The notes under the pieces were generated by a model that was not told the origin of the DNA, ran no database searches, and was given only the letters and a program-made list of their open reading frames with translations. Both the position numbers and the translations under genes were made by a program. A DNA stretch of 64,000 nt, taken from the NCBI GenBank assembly GCA_963598795.1, contig CAVBUY010000002.1:78216-142215 (forward strand), written 5' to 3'. Of this stretch, positions 35,328 through 44,246 are shown one piece after another. The stretch is from Alistipes shahii (GTDB lineage: Bacteria; Bacillota_I; Bacilli_A; RFN20; CAG-826). The stretch's first letter is position 1. Each line of letters starts with the position of its first letter.

Positions 35328-38300
35328 TTATTGCTTAGTGATGGTTGCATTTTTAAATTCAGAATAATCGTACATAAACATGTCGTCGGTTTCCGTGGAT
35401 TCAATGGTCACAGTCATCGCGTCAAAGTCGATAGTAACAGTGGCTTCAATGCTTCCGCCGGCACAACTATCCTCCAATTGTCCTTCATACACATAAGCGT
35501 TGCCACTAGAACTCTTTTTGGTAATTGTACCTTCCAATGTTCCTGATCCATAAGAATCAATGGCATATACTTCGCAAGTGTTTCCCGAATCGGAAATAGT
35601 GATTTCCAATTCGCTTCCATACCCGGTCGTATCAGAGGCTACATAGGTTCCATCGAAAGAAGATGTTGCTTCGGTGATGGTCAACGTTGCTTGGCCAACG
35701 ATTCCAGAACCATCTGATGCAGTGGCGATGATATCAACCGTGCCAGTGGCCAAAGTGGTCACGACGCCTTTGCTATTGACGGTCGCTATTTCTTCATTGG
35801 AAGTGGACCAGGTGACGGCTTTGTTGTCAGCGTTATCTGGGGCAACTACCGCAGTCGCGGTAACGCTGCTTCCCTTAGTGACGGAAGTAGCGCTTAAGGT
35901 AACGGTGATACCGGTAACCTTCTGAGGTTCGGCTACGGTGATATCGACGGTGCTCTTTAGGCCGAATTCGGAAGTGAGGGTCAAAGTGGCAGTGCCAGCA
36001 GCGACACCGATGGCGGAAACAACACCATTATCGTTGGAAATGGAAACGATATCTTCGTTGGAAGAAGTAACAGACCAAGTCTCGTTATAGCAATTCTTGG
36101 GTCCGAAGTCAGCGGACAAAGTGGTCTTAGCGCCGACCTTTATCTCGGTCTTGCTAGCCTTCAAAGTAACGCTCTCGGCTTTCTTGGCGAGAGTGGAGCT
36201 TTGAGTATAGATATTGGCCTTATGCTCATTGTCTCCTACTTTGATGTTGTAGATGTATTCAACTTTGTTAGTTTCAGAAGAAGAAACCTTGGCTAAGAAA
36301 TAGCCAGCAGTGACCTTGTCGGCATATTCACCGAAGACGGCATAGCCATCATCGTTGATATCGGCAAAAGCGAGTTCGGTTTCATCGCCATTAGCGAATT
36401 TGATCTTAACTTTTTCACCGTCAATCACAAAACTGTTGGCGGTCGGATAGTCATCTTCAAGCCAAGTGCCTTTTAAGCCATCGGCAACAGCGGCAGCTTC
36501 TTTAACGGTGATGGTTATCTCGTTCGATTCTACAGGGGTAGCGGTCGCGCCATGATAAGAAGAAGCTTTGACTTTTACGGTGCCTACGGCAACCGGGGTG
36601 AGAATACCATCGGAAGAGATGGTGGCGACATTGGTGTCGGAAACGCTCCAAACCACTGCTTTGGAAGTAGCGTTGCTAGGCAAGATACCAGCGGAGAAGC
36701 TCAAAGTCTTGCCGAGTCTCACGGAAGTGGCGCCGCTATTTTCTGAAATGGTTACGGAAGTAACCGGAGTGGCATCGGCGACGAAGTGGTCGTTGCAGCT
36801 ATCGTTGGCGGCAAAGACCAATTTGTCCATGCTCATTTCCATGCTATCTCCGATCATCGAGCCACGCATGACGATTCTGACTTGGCTAGCGGGGGCAAAG
36901 GTTTTCTGAATGAGGTGCAAGTTATCGCTCGAGATGTTTTCTTTAACTTCGTCGGTGATATCGATGACTTCGGCTTCGGCCCAAGTCTGAGATGGGTTTT
37001 TGGCTTCGATGGCGACCTTGCTGACATACTCAGGTTTGAAAGAATTGCCATAGACCGAGCCATAGTGGAAACCGATGCCGGAGACTTGCTGGTCGTCGAA
37101 ATCGAAGAGAGAGACGGCGTCAGAGGAAGTGCTCTCTCCATCGAAGGTCTCGTTCAAAGTATCTTGGACGCCGGTCTTCATGACCAAGGTCTTCTTGCCA
37201 CCAAAGATAGCGCTTCTGGATGGAGCGGTGACGACGTTGACGCCCTTATTGACTTTGATGGAGAATGGGAGCGAGGAATTGAGCGAATTGGAAGCGAACG
37301 GATCGGCGCCCAATTCGGAATTCGCGTCGAAGGTGATGTCATAGACGGCGTCGGTCATATCGATGTCGGCTAGACCGTTGACGTGGATCTTGATTTCGTT
37401 CGATTTGGCGGCAAGACCGGTTTCTGGGTTGGTTTTACCTTGGATATAGACGGTGCAGTCGCCGGCAGCGACAGCCATGATAACGCGATTATAGTCCTTG
37501 TCTAAACCGACGGTCGCGACCTTTTCGTCGCTGGAAACGTAGGTAAGTTCGCTTTCTTTTATCCATCGTGCTTCTTCAACGCCTTCCGGAGCGTCATAAG
37601 TGACGGTATAGGTGTATTTGAGACCCTTCTCGATCTCTAAGACATAGGTGTCACCGTCCTTGGTGGCGGAAGCATCAGGAACTATTTCGATGGTCTTTGG
37701 ATAGACGTGGACCTGCGGGCCGGACCATCCTTTGTATTGCCAATATTCTTTAACCGTGTCGGCATTTGGCGCATCGGGCAAGGTGGCACCGCTTGGAACT
37801 ACGGTCGTCGCGAAATTAGTTAATTTGATTTCGAGCAAGTCCTCTTCGGCATCCTCGCCGAAGGCTTTTATGACGGAGATATAACCATTGGAATCGAGTT
37901 GGATGTAGAAATCGAGGATTTCGGTATCGTAGAAAGATTCAAAGACAGTATTTACCGTATCGTCGAACTTGGCGGTGTTAGAGAAAACATAGTAGCCGCT
38001 CACGTAAGTAAAGTCGGCCGGGACGACGTTTTTAAGGAAGACATCAAATGACCAATAGAAATGTGAAAGGGTACAGCTGACGCCATCATAAACAGAATTC
38101 AGCCAAGCTGGACCACCTGGTTCGGTAGCGTCGTCGAAATAACGATAGTTCTTTCCCTCATAGTCATGATAGTAATCCCATAAACCTTCGTCACCGGAGA
38201 TATCGTAAATGATATCGAAGCCATTGACGTGGTAATCATACCAAGCCAACTCAGATTCGCCAAAGGAACCTTGGCTGCCGATGTTGCCTATTGTGGCGGT

Positions 38301-38513
38301 GTAGTTCGAATAATTCTTTTGGAAGGCTCTTTGCAAAGCGGAAGAATGATCTACCGGGGTGCTGCTGCTATCGCTGCTCGGCTCAGCAGAAGAGGAAGAG
38401 CCGGAATCGATAGGGGGGGTGTCGGAGGAGCTGGAATCTTTGCCGTTGTCGCAACCGGCAAGAGCAGCAATGGACCCGCACAAGAAGATTAGGGCCAGTT
38501 TGTTTGCTTTCAT
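35328..38513 (-). CDS. Giant surface lipoprotein with multiple bacterial Ig-like (Big_2) domains
   Basis: The 1061-aa ORF has lipobox IAALAGC and a Ser/Pro linker. At least four Big_2-like repeats are visible, for example VTSVTISENSGATSVRLGKTLSFSAGILPSNATSKAVVWSVSDTNVATISSDGILTPVAVGTVKVKASS. The N-terminal ~250 aa are unassigned. Confidence 0.8.
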   Translation of the reverse strand: MKANKLALIFLCGSIAALAGCDNGKDSSSSDTPPIDSGSSSSAEPSSDSSSTPVDHSSALQRAFQKNYSNYTATIGNIGSQGSFGESELAWYDYHVNGFDIIYDISGDEGLWDYYHDYEGKNYRYFDDATEPGGPAWLNSVYDGVSCTLSHFYWSFDVFLKNVVPADFTYVSGYYVFSNTAKFDDTVNTVFESFYDTEILDFYIQLDSNGYISVIKAFGEDAEEDLLEIKLTNFATTVVPSGATLPDAPNADTVKEYWQYKGWSGPQVHVYPKTIEIVPDASATKDGDTYVLEIEKGLKYTYTVTYDAPEGVEEARWIKESELTYVSSDEKVATVGLDKDYNRVIMAVAAGDCTVYIQGKTNPETGLAAKSNEIKIHVNGLADIDMTDAVYDITFDANSELGADPFASNSLNSSLPFSIKVNKGVNVVTAPSRSAIFGGKKTLVMKTGVQDTLNETFDGESTSSDAVSLFDFDDQQVSGIGFHYGSVYGNSFKPEYVSKVAIEAKNPSQTWAEAEVIDITDEVKENISSDNLHLIQKTFAPASQVRIVMRGSMIGDSMEMSMDKLVFAANDSCNDHFVADATPVTSVTISENSGATSVRLGKTLSFSAGILPSNATSKAVVWSVSDTNVATISSDGILTPVAVGTVKVKASSYHGATATPVESNEITITVKEAAAVADGLKGTWLEDDYPTANSFVIDGEKVKIKFANGDETELAFADINDDGYAVFGEYADKVTAGYFLAKVSSSETNKVEYIYNIKVGDNEHKANIYTQSSTLAKKAESVTLKASKTEIKVGAKTTLSADFGPKNCYNETWSVTSSNEDIVSISNDNGVVSAIGVAAGTATLTLTSEFGLKSTVDITVAEPQKVTGITVTLSATSVTKGSSVTATAVVAPDNADNKAVTWSTSNEEIATVNSKGVVTTLATGTVDIIATASDGSGIVGQATLTITEATSSFDGTYVASDTTGYGSELEITISDSGNTCEVYAIDSYGSGTLEGTITKKSSSGNAYVYEGQLEDSCAGGSIEATVTIDFDAMTVTIESTETDDMFMYDYSEFKNATITKQ

Positions 38514-38534
38514 ATATATTTTCCTTTCTAAGCA

Positions 38535-39338
38535 CTAATTGTTAGAGACACGTAGAGCCATCATGCTCGTGTCGGCGTCGTAATAGTAAGAGATGGTGTA
38601 GCTATTATCTGGGGATACCGCGGAATAGACGACCACGCTAGAAGTGTAATAGGTGATCTGATATCCGCCGTTCTCCAACAATGACGTATACTCCTTTATA
38701 CACGAAGATGGCAAACCTTCAATATTTATGTAGAGACTTCCGTCATCGTTATATTGAATGTAATAGTAAGTTCCCTCTAAATGGGGAATGCTAGATAAGC
38801 CGGTATAATGTTTGATTACGGCTTCCGGCCATGAGGAATAGCGGTAATTGCTTAGATAGAGATTCAAGGCTAAGGAATAGCCGCTACTGGCGTTTCCTTG
38901 GGCGAAGGTAACGATAAGATAGCGGGTATCGTCAAGTTCCTTATAACGGAGGTAACTGCTCCCCGAATCCTGAGAAAAGAAGCCTGAGGCCGTCAAGACA
39001 ACCCCATATAATCTCGCCTCATTGCCGGAGACATTATCGCTTAAGCAATAGATAGTCGTGTATTCGATTGAGGAAGAGGAATCCTTGGTATTATTTCCCT
39101 TATATGAATCCGATTCGAAGACTGGCAATAACTTAAGTCCATCTTCGGTAATGGTCTCATTCAACAACGAATCGATTTCCTCGCTCCAATATATTTTGGC
39201 TTGAGAGGAGGGGGAAGAAGAAGAAGAAGAAGAAGAGCTACCATCTTCCGGGACTGATGAAGAACTATCCTTGGCATCGCAAGAGACCAACATTCCGGCA
39301 ACCAACATCAACAAAGCGCATGTTTTGAATTTTTTCAT
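38535..39338 (-). CDS. Small surface lipoprotein of unknown function (paralogue of 41205..42071)
   Basis: The 267-aa ORF has lipobox GMLVSC and a poly-Ser linker. It shares the C-terminal motif EYTSLLENGGYQITYY with the other protein, which has TYKTLLESNGYTVKYV. Confidence 0.65.
   Translation of the reverse strand: MKKFKTCALLMLVAGMLVSCDAKDSSSSVPEDGSSSSSSSSSPSSQAKIYWSEEIDSLLNETITEDGLKLLPVFESDSYKGNNTKDSSSSIEYTTIYCLSDNVSGNEARLYGVVLTASGFFSQDSGSSYLRYKELDDTRYLIVTFAQGNASSGYSLALNLYLSNYRYSSWPEAVIKHYTGLSSIPHLEGTYYYIQYNDDGSLYINIEGLPSSCIKEYTSLLENGGYQITYYTSSVVVYSAVSPDNSYTISYYYDADTSMMALRVSNN
39214..39234. repeat. Perfect (GAA)7 trinucleotide repeat, which reads (TCT/TTC)n on the coding strand, within the poly-Ser linker
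   Basis: The sequence gaagaagaagaagaagaagaa at 39214..39234 lies inside the linker-coding part of 38535..39338. Confidence 0.9.
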
Positions 39339-39353
39339 ATCTAAGTCTCCTTT

Positions 39354-41174
39354 TTATCGGAGGCGGGAGATTCTGATCTCCGCCCCGTTTTCATCTATTT
39401 TTCCCATTTCGATCTTAAAGTCGAAAATATCTTTTTGGGAGTTGCTTACCTGAAATTTGTTTAAGGCGTTGCTCTTAGTCGGCATAAGTTCTCTATAGGG
39501 GCTCGAAGGGCTTAAATCGAAGCTGTCACCTTCAAAGAACAAACTATCGTCAGGGGATTGCAACCTGCTCGGTTTCCCATCGCCTCTGTCTTTGAATCGG
39601 ATGGCGTTATAGTATTTCCTATTAATATCCAGGACTTTATATTCGGCCGTCGATATGTTCTTTTGCATGATCGTATTTTGATACATGGCCCTTTTGTCAT
39701 TTCCTTCATCTAGGAATCTGGTATATCCGGGATGAGCCGTATTGGAGATGGGGTCATTATAGAAATTGGCATAATCGGATTCGAACATCGAAGAAGAATT
39801 TACCACTCGGTTATCGATGTGGGAGATTCTTATTCCTGGCTTAGAATACCCTTGTATGCCATTTCCATTATACGGCGATGAATAATCTTCCTTATTGAGT
39901 CCGTCCGGAGTGATGTATTCGATGGTGAAGAATTCGTCGAAGGCCGTCCCATTGAAGTTGTCATTGGTAAGAAGGATAAAGTCCCCATTTTCTTCAAAGG
40001 AAGGCAAGGTAATGGTCTTTTCTTCTTTCACCACAATTGGCTTTGACCAGCCAAGAGCAAACTTGGTAAAGGCCGAATGATCGCCGATGTTGTTGTCCAT
40101 CATATCGATGCAACCGGCTGGAGAATCATAAGGAGATAAGGCCGAATAGTAATCCTTTAAGCCCAATAGGTGTCCGGTTTCGTGGATATAGGTGTGAGCG
40201 TCTAAATTCCCATCCCCAAACTCATCCATGAAGTCCAGCCCCGCCCAAGAAATCATCTTGGCCACCGGGTCCTCAATATTATGCTTCTTTTCGCCCATAA
40301 GGTAATTGGACAAGGTGTAAGCCCAGAAACCGTTGATATCGATATTCGGATATTTCCTTTCGTAATAATCCGAATCGTTAGGCATGACCGGGGCGGAATA
40401 TATCATCCATATTCCGTCGATGCAGCCATCCTTATCCAAATCGAATTCCTTCATATTTTGCTGAGGGTATGTCTTTTTGTACCAATCAACTGCTAGGAGG
40501 GCGAGGTTCGAAACGCCTAAGTCGTCTTTGGTAGCTAAAGCCTGAAGTTCGTCTGGAGTAAGCCCCGAATCGTACCACTTATCCGGAATCGAGAAATTCA
40601 GATTTAGTTGGCCATATGAACTCTTGCGGTAATAGGAAGAAACGCTTTCGAATTTTTCTAGGCTATCGGAATTGAAACACTTATCGATTCTATCTAAATT
40701 CTCGGCCGTCGCCCTATCTTCAAACCCTTCGATGCTTATCGGCAAGACCAAGATATTTACATCCCCTTTGGATGGGGTCGAATGATATCGGTATGGTCTT
40801 TGGTCGAAGTCATGATAGGTGAAATCGATCGTTTCGCCTTTCTTAACCGAGAATGTGGTTTCGCCATAGACGGACTCGAAATCCTTTAGGAAAACCCTTA
40901 TTTTGGCTTCGCCGACCTTCTTGGCTTTCATCAATCCTACTTCGTTTATTTCGATGATCGAAGGGTCGCTGGAAGAATAGGAAAAAACCCCGTTTTTGAT
41001 GTCTGAAGCCTGAATCTCTATTTGTTTTGATTCATATAAAGACAGTTCGTTTGTGGAATTGGAGATGATTATACGGGCGGATTCGACATCCACCGATTGT
41101 CCGCCATTATCCTTACCGCATGAAAAAATAAGAAGTGGGAGCAAAGACAATGCCAACAATCTTTCTTTCTTCAT
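39354..41174 (-). CDS. Surface lipoprotein: Big_2 domain plus M6 (immune inhibitor A)-like zinc metalloprotease domain
   Basis: The 606-aa ORF has lipobox LLIFSC. It has an N-terminal Big_2-like module (...SSSDPSIIEINEVGLMKAKKVGEAKIRVF). It then has GDVNILVLPISIEGFED and the zinc site YIHETGHLLGLKDYY, an HExxH motif as in M6-family domains. Confidence 0.65.
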   Translation of the reverse strand: MKKERLLALSLLPLLIFSCGKDNGGQSVDVESARIIISNSTNELSLYESKQIEIQASDIKNGVFSYSSSDPSIIEINEVGLMKAKKVGEAKIRVFLKDFESVYGETTFSVKKGETIDFTYHDFDQRPYRYHSTPSKGDVNILVLPISIEGFEDRATAENLDRIDKCFNSDSLEKFESVSSYYRKSSYGQLNLNFSIPDKWYDSGLTPDELQALATKDDLGVSNLALLAVDWYKKTYPQQNMKEFDLDKDGCIDGIWMIYSAPVMPNDSDYYERKYPNIDINGFWAYTLSNYLMGEKKHNIEDPVAKMISWAGLDFMDEFGDGNLDAHTYIHETGHLLGLKDYYSALSPYDSPAGCIDMMDNNIGDHSAFTKFALGWSKPIVVKEEKTITLPSFEENGDFILLTNDNFNGTAFDEFFTIEYITPDGLNKEDYSSPYNGNGIQGYSKPGIRISHIDNRVVNSSSMFESDYANFYNDPISNTAHPGYTRFLDEGNDKRAMYQNTIMQKNISTAEYKVLDINRKYYNAIRFKDRGDGKPSRLQSPDDSLFFEGDSFDLSPSSPYRELMPTKSNALNKFQVSNSQKDIFDFKIEMGKIDENGAEIRISRLR

Positions 41175-41204
41175 ACGTGTTCTTCTTTTAGTAAGTGGTC
41201 GGTT

Positions 41205-42071
41205 TCAGATGTTGAAGTAGTCGCGAATATCACCTTTAGCGACGTTTATATCGATATAGTCGCGTGTTCCGTCGTTTCCGGAATCTAGTTGGATATAAAA
41301 GGTGTCATTTCTCCAAGCAAGGTAATAATCATCGGTATCTTCGACATATTTGACGGTGTAGCCATTGGATTCCAACAAAGTCTTGTAAGTTGTTAGTCCA
41401 TCGAAACCAGCACCGTAAACGACGATGCTAACATAGTTGCCAAAATCGTCGTCATGAATCTCATTGGAGGAATAGGTTATGCCTTCACCTGTTAAAGCCG
41501 GAACATCGGCTTTGAAACCCAAAACATAATCTAGAAGGTCTTCAGGCCAAACATATGGATCAACGGTGACGTCGGAGGTAAGGAACAAACCCAAATAATC
41601 TTCTGCCTCTCCGTCTCCATCGGCGTCCATGCCGCCATATAGGCACTGGATATGAAGGGTCATGCAGCTGTTATACGGAATGGAGCAATCATAGGCCGGG
41701 TGACCGTTGTCATAATCCATAGGTATGACGTTGTAACCGGATTCGACCGCATAATCGGCATAAGCCTCCACCGCGGCGTCTATAGCATCAGCATCTTCTT
41801 CGAAATCACAAAGAATCACGATCATCGGATCGCCATAATTATCCTTCATGACGCCATACTTAGCGCCCTTAGCACCGGTTGGGAATGGTATGTCCATGCC
41901 GTAATGTTCGTAGATGATTGAATATAGCTTTTCGCCCCATGGAGAAACGTAACTGACGCTACTACTCTCAACGCCAGAACTGCCGCCACTGTCTGCTGGA
42001 ATGTTGTCGCAAGCGGTAATCCCAAACATCAAAGCCGTTAAGATAACCGGTCCAAGCTTTTTTAATTTCAT
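41205..42071 (-). CDS. Small surface lipoprotein of unknown function (paralogue of 38535..39338)
   Basis: The 288-aa ORF has lipobox MFGITAC. It has two copies of a 'Y..x..E.GY.V' module (AVEAYADYAVESGYNVIPM and TYKTLLESNGYTVKYV). Confidence 0.65.
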   Translation of the reverse strand: MKLKKLGPVILTALMFGITACDNIPADSGGSSGVESSSVSYVSPWGEKLYSIIYEHYGMDIPFPTGAKGAKYGVMKDNYGDPMIVILCDFEEDADAIDAAVEAYADYAVESGYNVIPMDYDNGHPAYDCSIPYNSCMTLHIQCLYGGMDADGDGEAEDYLGLFLTSDVTVDPYVWPEDLLDYVLGFKADVPALTGEGITYSSNEIHDDDFGNYVSIVVYGAGFDGLTTYKTLLESNGYTVKYVEDTDDYYLAWRNDTFYIQLDSGNDGTRDYIDINVAKGDIRDYFNI

Positions 42072-42240
42072 GGTTTGTCTCCCGGGGTTTCAAGAAAAAA
42101 CCTCTGTTTGTTTTAATGGCGCGAGTATACCATGTTCTTCGAAAATGCCTAATGTTATTTGAAAAAGCCGCTTTTTAATTGTCAAACGATACGAAATATT
42201 TGAGAAAGTATACCTTCTATTATTCTTAACGACGTTTTGC

Positions 42241-43470
42241 TTATATACCCGCTAATGGGATGACATATATATCTTTATCTAGTGGATAAACGACATCGGT
42301 ATTGCAAATGATCACAGATGTGCTCAAAAGATATTTCGTTTTCTCAACGCATTTGAAGCTTCTTATAGAAGACATATCGAAAGTAATTCCTGATTTACAC
42401 TCAATGCGATGAAGCCTACCGTCTTCGAGAACGATTAAATCGATCTCATTTAACTTGCTGTCCCTATAGTAATAAAAATTAGGTGTTTTTCCGTTATTTA
42501 AATACGATTTTCTTATTTCGTTAATTATATAAGTTTCAACGAAGCTTCCGCTTAAAAAACTCGAACTAAGCATTTCGGGTGACGCCACTTTGGCCAAATA
42601 AGCGGCAAGCCCCGTGTCGGAGAAATAGATTTTCGGTCTCTTGACGATTCTCTTTTTCATCGATGTTTCGTTATATGGTTCAAGGAGATAAATGATGTCA
42701 CCGGCCAATAACACCGAAATCCACGATTTGACTGTTTTCGCATCAATGCCAAGGCTATTCGAAATATTATCGTAGATAAGTTCTTGCCCGGTTAACGAAG
42801 CGAGAAGCTCCATAAACTTTCTAAAGGCAAACTTGTCTTTGACGTTAATCATTTGGCAGACATCTCTCTCAATATATGTCTCTATATAATCGGAATAAAA
42901 CATATCCGAGGTGAGAAGCTCGTTTGAATATAATTCTGGGTAAAAGCCTTTCACGATGTTCTTAAAAAGTTCATCCACAGACAATGGGTTATTTTTGGCT
43001 CTCTCCCCGATCCTTCGAACATCGAAATCGAATTTTGTTTCCTCTCGGTTAAGCAGTTCGCTCCTTGAAAGCGGAGGGAGATGTATTATTGCCACCCTCC
43101 CTGACATAGACTCAGAAACGCCTTTCATCAGATTGTACATCTGCGAACCGGTGAGAATATACATCCCATAATTGCTGGGATTCCTCATCTTTTCATTGTT
43201 TACGACCTCTTCGATTGCATTGAATAGTCCGGGGGCTTTTTGAACTTCGTCAATGATTAGTGGCCATTTGTGGATTTGTAAAAACATTTGAGGGTCTTTC
43301 AAAGCGACCTCTAGCTCTCTGGAGTTGTCTAACGAAACATAGGAAAAACCAGATTTCATGAACAATTGTGCAATAGTCGATTTCCCGACTTGTCTAGCTC
43401 CCGTGATGAGCGTTACCGGCCTGCATTTAATGGCCAATTCAACATGTTTCAAGATTGTTCTGTTTATCAT
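42241..43470 (-). CDS. AAA-type ATPase with a DUF4143-like C-terminal domain
   Basis: The 409-aa ORF has Walker A TGARQVGKST and Walker B-like LIIDEVQK. The architecture is typical of AAA_14 plus DUF4143 proteins. The local sequence is visibly AT-rich. Confidence 0.7.
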   Translation of the reverse strand: MINRTILKHVELAIKCRPVTLITGARQVGKSTIAQLFMKSGFSYVSLDNSRELEVALKDPQMFLQIHKWPLIIDEVQKAPGLFNAIEEVVNNEKMRNPSNYGMYILTGSQMYNLMKGVSESMSGRVAIIHLPPLSRSELLNREETKFDFDVRRIGERAKNNPLSVDELFKNIVKGFYPELYSNELLTSDMFYSDYIETYIERDVCQMINVKDKFAFRKFMELLASLTGQELIYDNISNSLGIDAKTVKSWISVLLAGDIIYLLEPYNETSMKKRIVKRPKIYFSDTGLAAYLAKVASPEMLSSSFLSGSFVETYIINEIRKSYLNNGKTPNFYYYRDSKLNEIDLIVLEDGRLHRIECKSGITFDMSSIRSFKCVEKTKYLLSTSVIICNTDVVYPLDKDIYVIPLAGI

Positions 43471-43717
43471 AAATTACCACCGACAATATTATGCTGGTGC
43501 AAAAAACGGATTTCAATTCCCCTTTTTGCACTTTTCTTAAAAACCTTTGATTTCATGCTTTGTTTTAAAGGCCATGTCCCGTTAACAATTCCTTCAATGT
43601 GACTGTTGGCATGTAAATTGGTTCAATTATAAGTTTTGGGTTAGCAACCAAGATTTAAAGTCATTTGTCTTATGTTAACGCTTAAAAGCAGCCTCACCAT
43701 CGAGTATAAAAATGGAC

Positions 43718-43743
43718 AAAAAAAGACTAGCGAATAGCTAGCC
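43718..43743 (-). terminator. Intrinsic terminator after tRNA-Leu
   Basis: The minus strand reads GGCTAGC-TATTC-GCTAGTC followed by TTTTTTT. Confidence 0.65.
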
Positions 43744-43755
43744 TCATATATTCGG

Positions 43756-43839
43756 TGGTGCTCGGTACAGGAATCGAACCTGCACGGGAATCCCATTAGA
43801 TCCTAAGTCTAACGCGTCTGCCAGTTCCGCCAACCGAGC
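43756..43839 (-). tRNA. tRNA-Leu (anticodon UAG), class II with a long variable arm, CCA encoded
   Basis: I folded it by hand. The acceptor stem is GCTCGGT/ACCGAGC and the anticodon stem is TTAGA/TCTAA with loop CTTAGGA. The variable arm is 13 nt, the T-loop is TTCGATT, and the 3' end is ACCA. Confidence 0.85.
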
Positions 43840-43987
43840 GCGTGGTTATTGTATAACTTTATCTTCGATATTGAAAGAATCGACCTTTTCTCTTAACTGT
43901 CGAATTCTTATGTGGGGCAAAATTGAGGAAAACGTTTCACATAAGAATACGAACGGCTAAAGTCTATGTGAAACAAACTTGATTAAG

Positions 43988-44048
43988 AAAAAAGGAGCCC
44001 ATCTGGGTTCCTTTTGATTTCGGGTTTTGTAGGGGAATGCTCCCCTAC
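43988..44048 (-). terminator. Two tandem hairpins after the 34-codon ORF; the second is followed by T6
   Basis: The hairpin GTAGGGGA-ATGC-TCCCCTAC lies at 44029..44048. On the minus strand GGAACCCA-GA-TGGGCTCC is followed by TTTTTT at 43988..44011. Confidence 0.55.
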
Positions 44049-44052
44049 GGCT

Positions 44053-44157
44053 TTAGAACTCGTATTTGTTGTCGATAAGAGAAGCGACATAGGCAAGGAA
44101 CAAGTTGTTCCCGACTTTACTCTCTTTCTTCGAGTTCTTCAGCGTCTTTTTGATCAT
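44053..44157 (-). CDS. Candidate small protein (34 aa): MIKKTLKNSKKESKVGNNLFLAYVASLIDNKYEF
   Basis: It falls below the ORF-track cutoff. A GGAGG RBS lies 9 nt upstream of the ATG at 44157. The ORF is bracketed by a terminator upstream (for rarA) and hairpins downstream. Confidence 0.35.
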   Translation of the reverse strand: MIKKTLKNSKKESKVGNNLFLAYVASLIDNKYEF

Positions 44158-44176
44158 AACGAGCGACCTCCTAGCA

Positions 44177-44201
44177 TTTTAAAACCCCTCTTTTCAAGGG
44201 G
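44177..44201 (-). terminator. Short hairpin plus T-run after rarA
   Basis: The minus strand reads CCCCT-TGAAAAG-AGGGG followed by TTTTAAAA. It lies 46 nt after the rarA stop. Confidence 0.45.
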
Positions 44202-44246
44202 TGAGGTTGAAGTATACGCCCAAAATCAAGAATAGCAACAACTTCT

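Noticed and set aside
36786-37373. A 195-aa plus-strand ORF inside the Big_2 lipoprotein gene. Similar cases occur at 10614..11093, 27615..28091, 31832..32311 and 56709..57317.
   Set aside because: These are long antisense ORFs in GC-richer coding DNA. They have no RBS and low-complexity Gly/Asp/Arg-rich composition. In every case the opposite strand carries recognisable protein motifs.
43894-43938. An 11-bp-stem hairpin, ATTCTTATGTG-(23 nt)-CACATAAGAAT, upstream of tRNA-Leu.
   Set aside because: The structure is real, but it has no T-run, no match to an RNA family I recognise and no obvious partner site. I noted it under the AT-rich segment finding rather than calling a feature.
44014-44235. 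A 73-aa plus-strand ORF in the rarA/tRNA-Leu spacer.
   Set aside because: It has no RBS, it spans three hairpin/terminator structures, and it is antisense to the better-supported 34-codon ORF.
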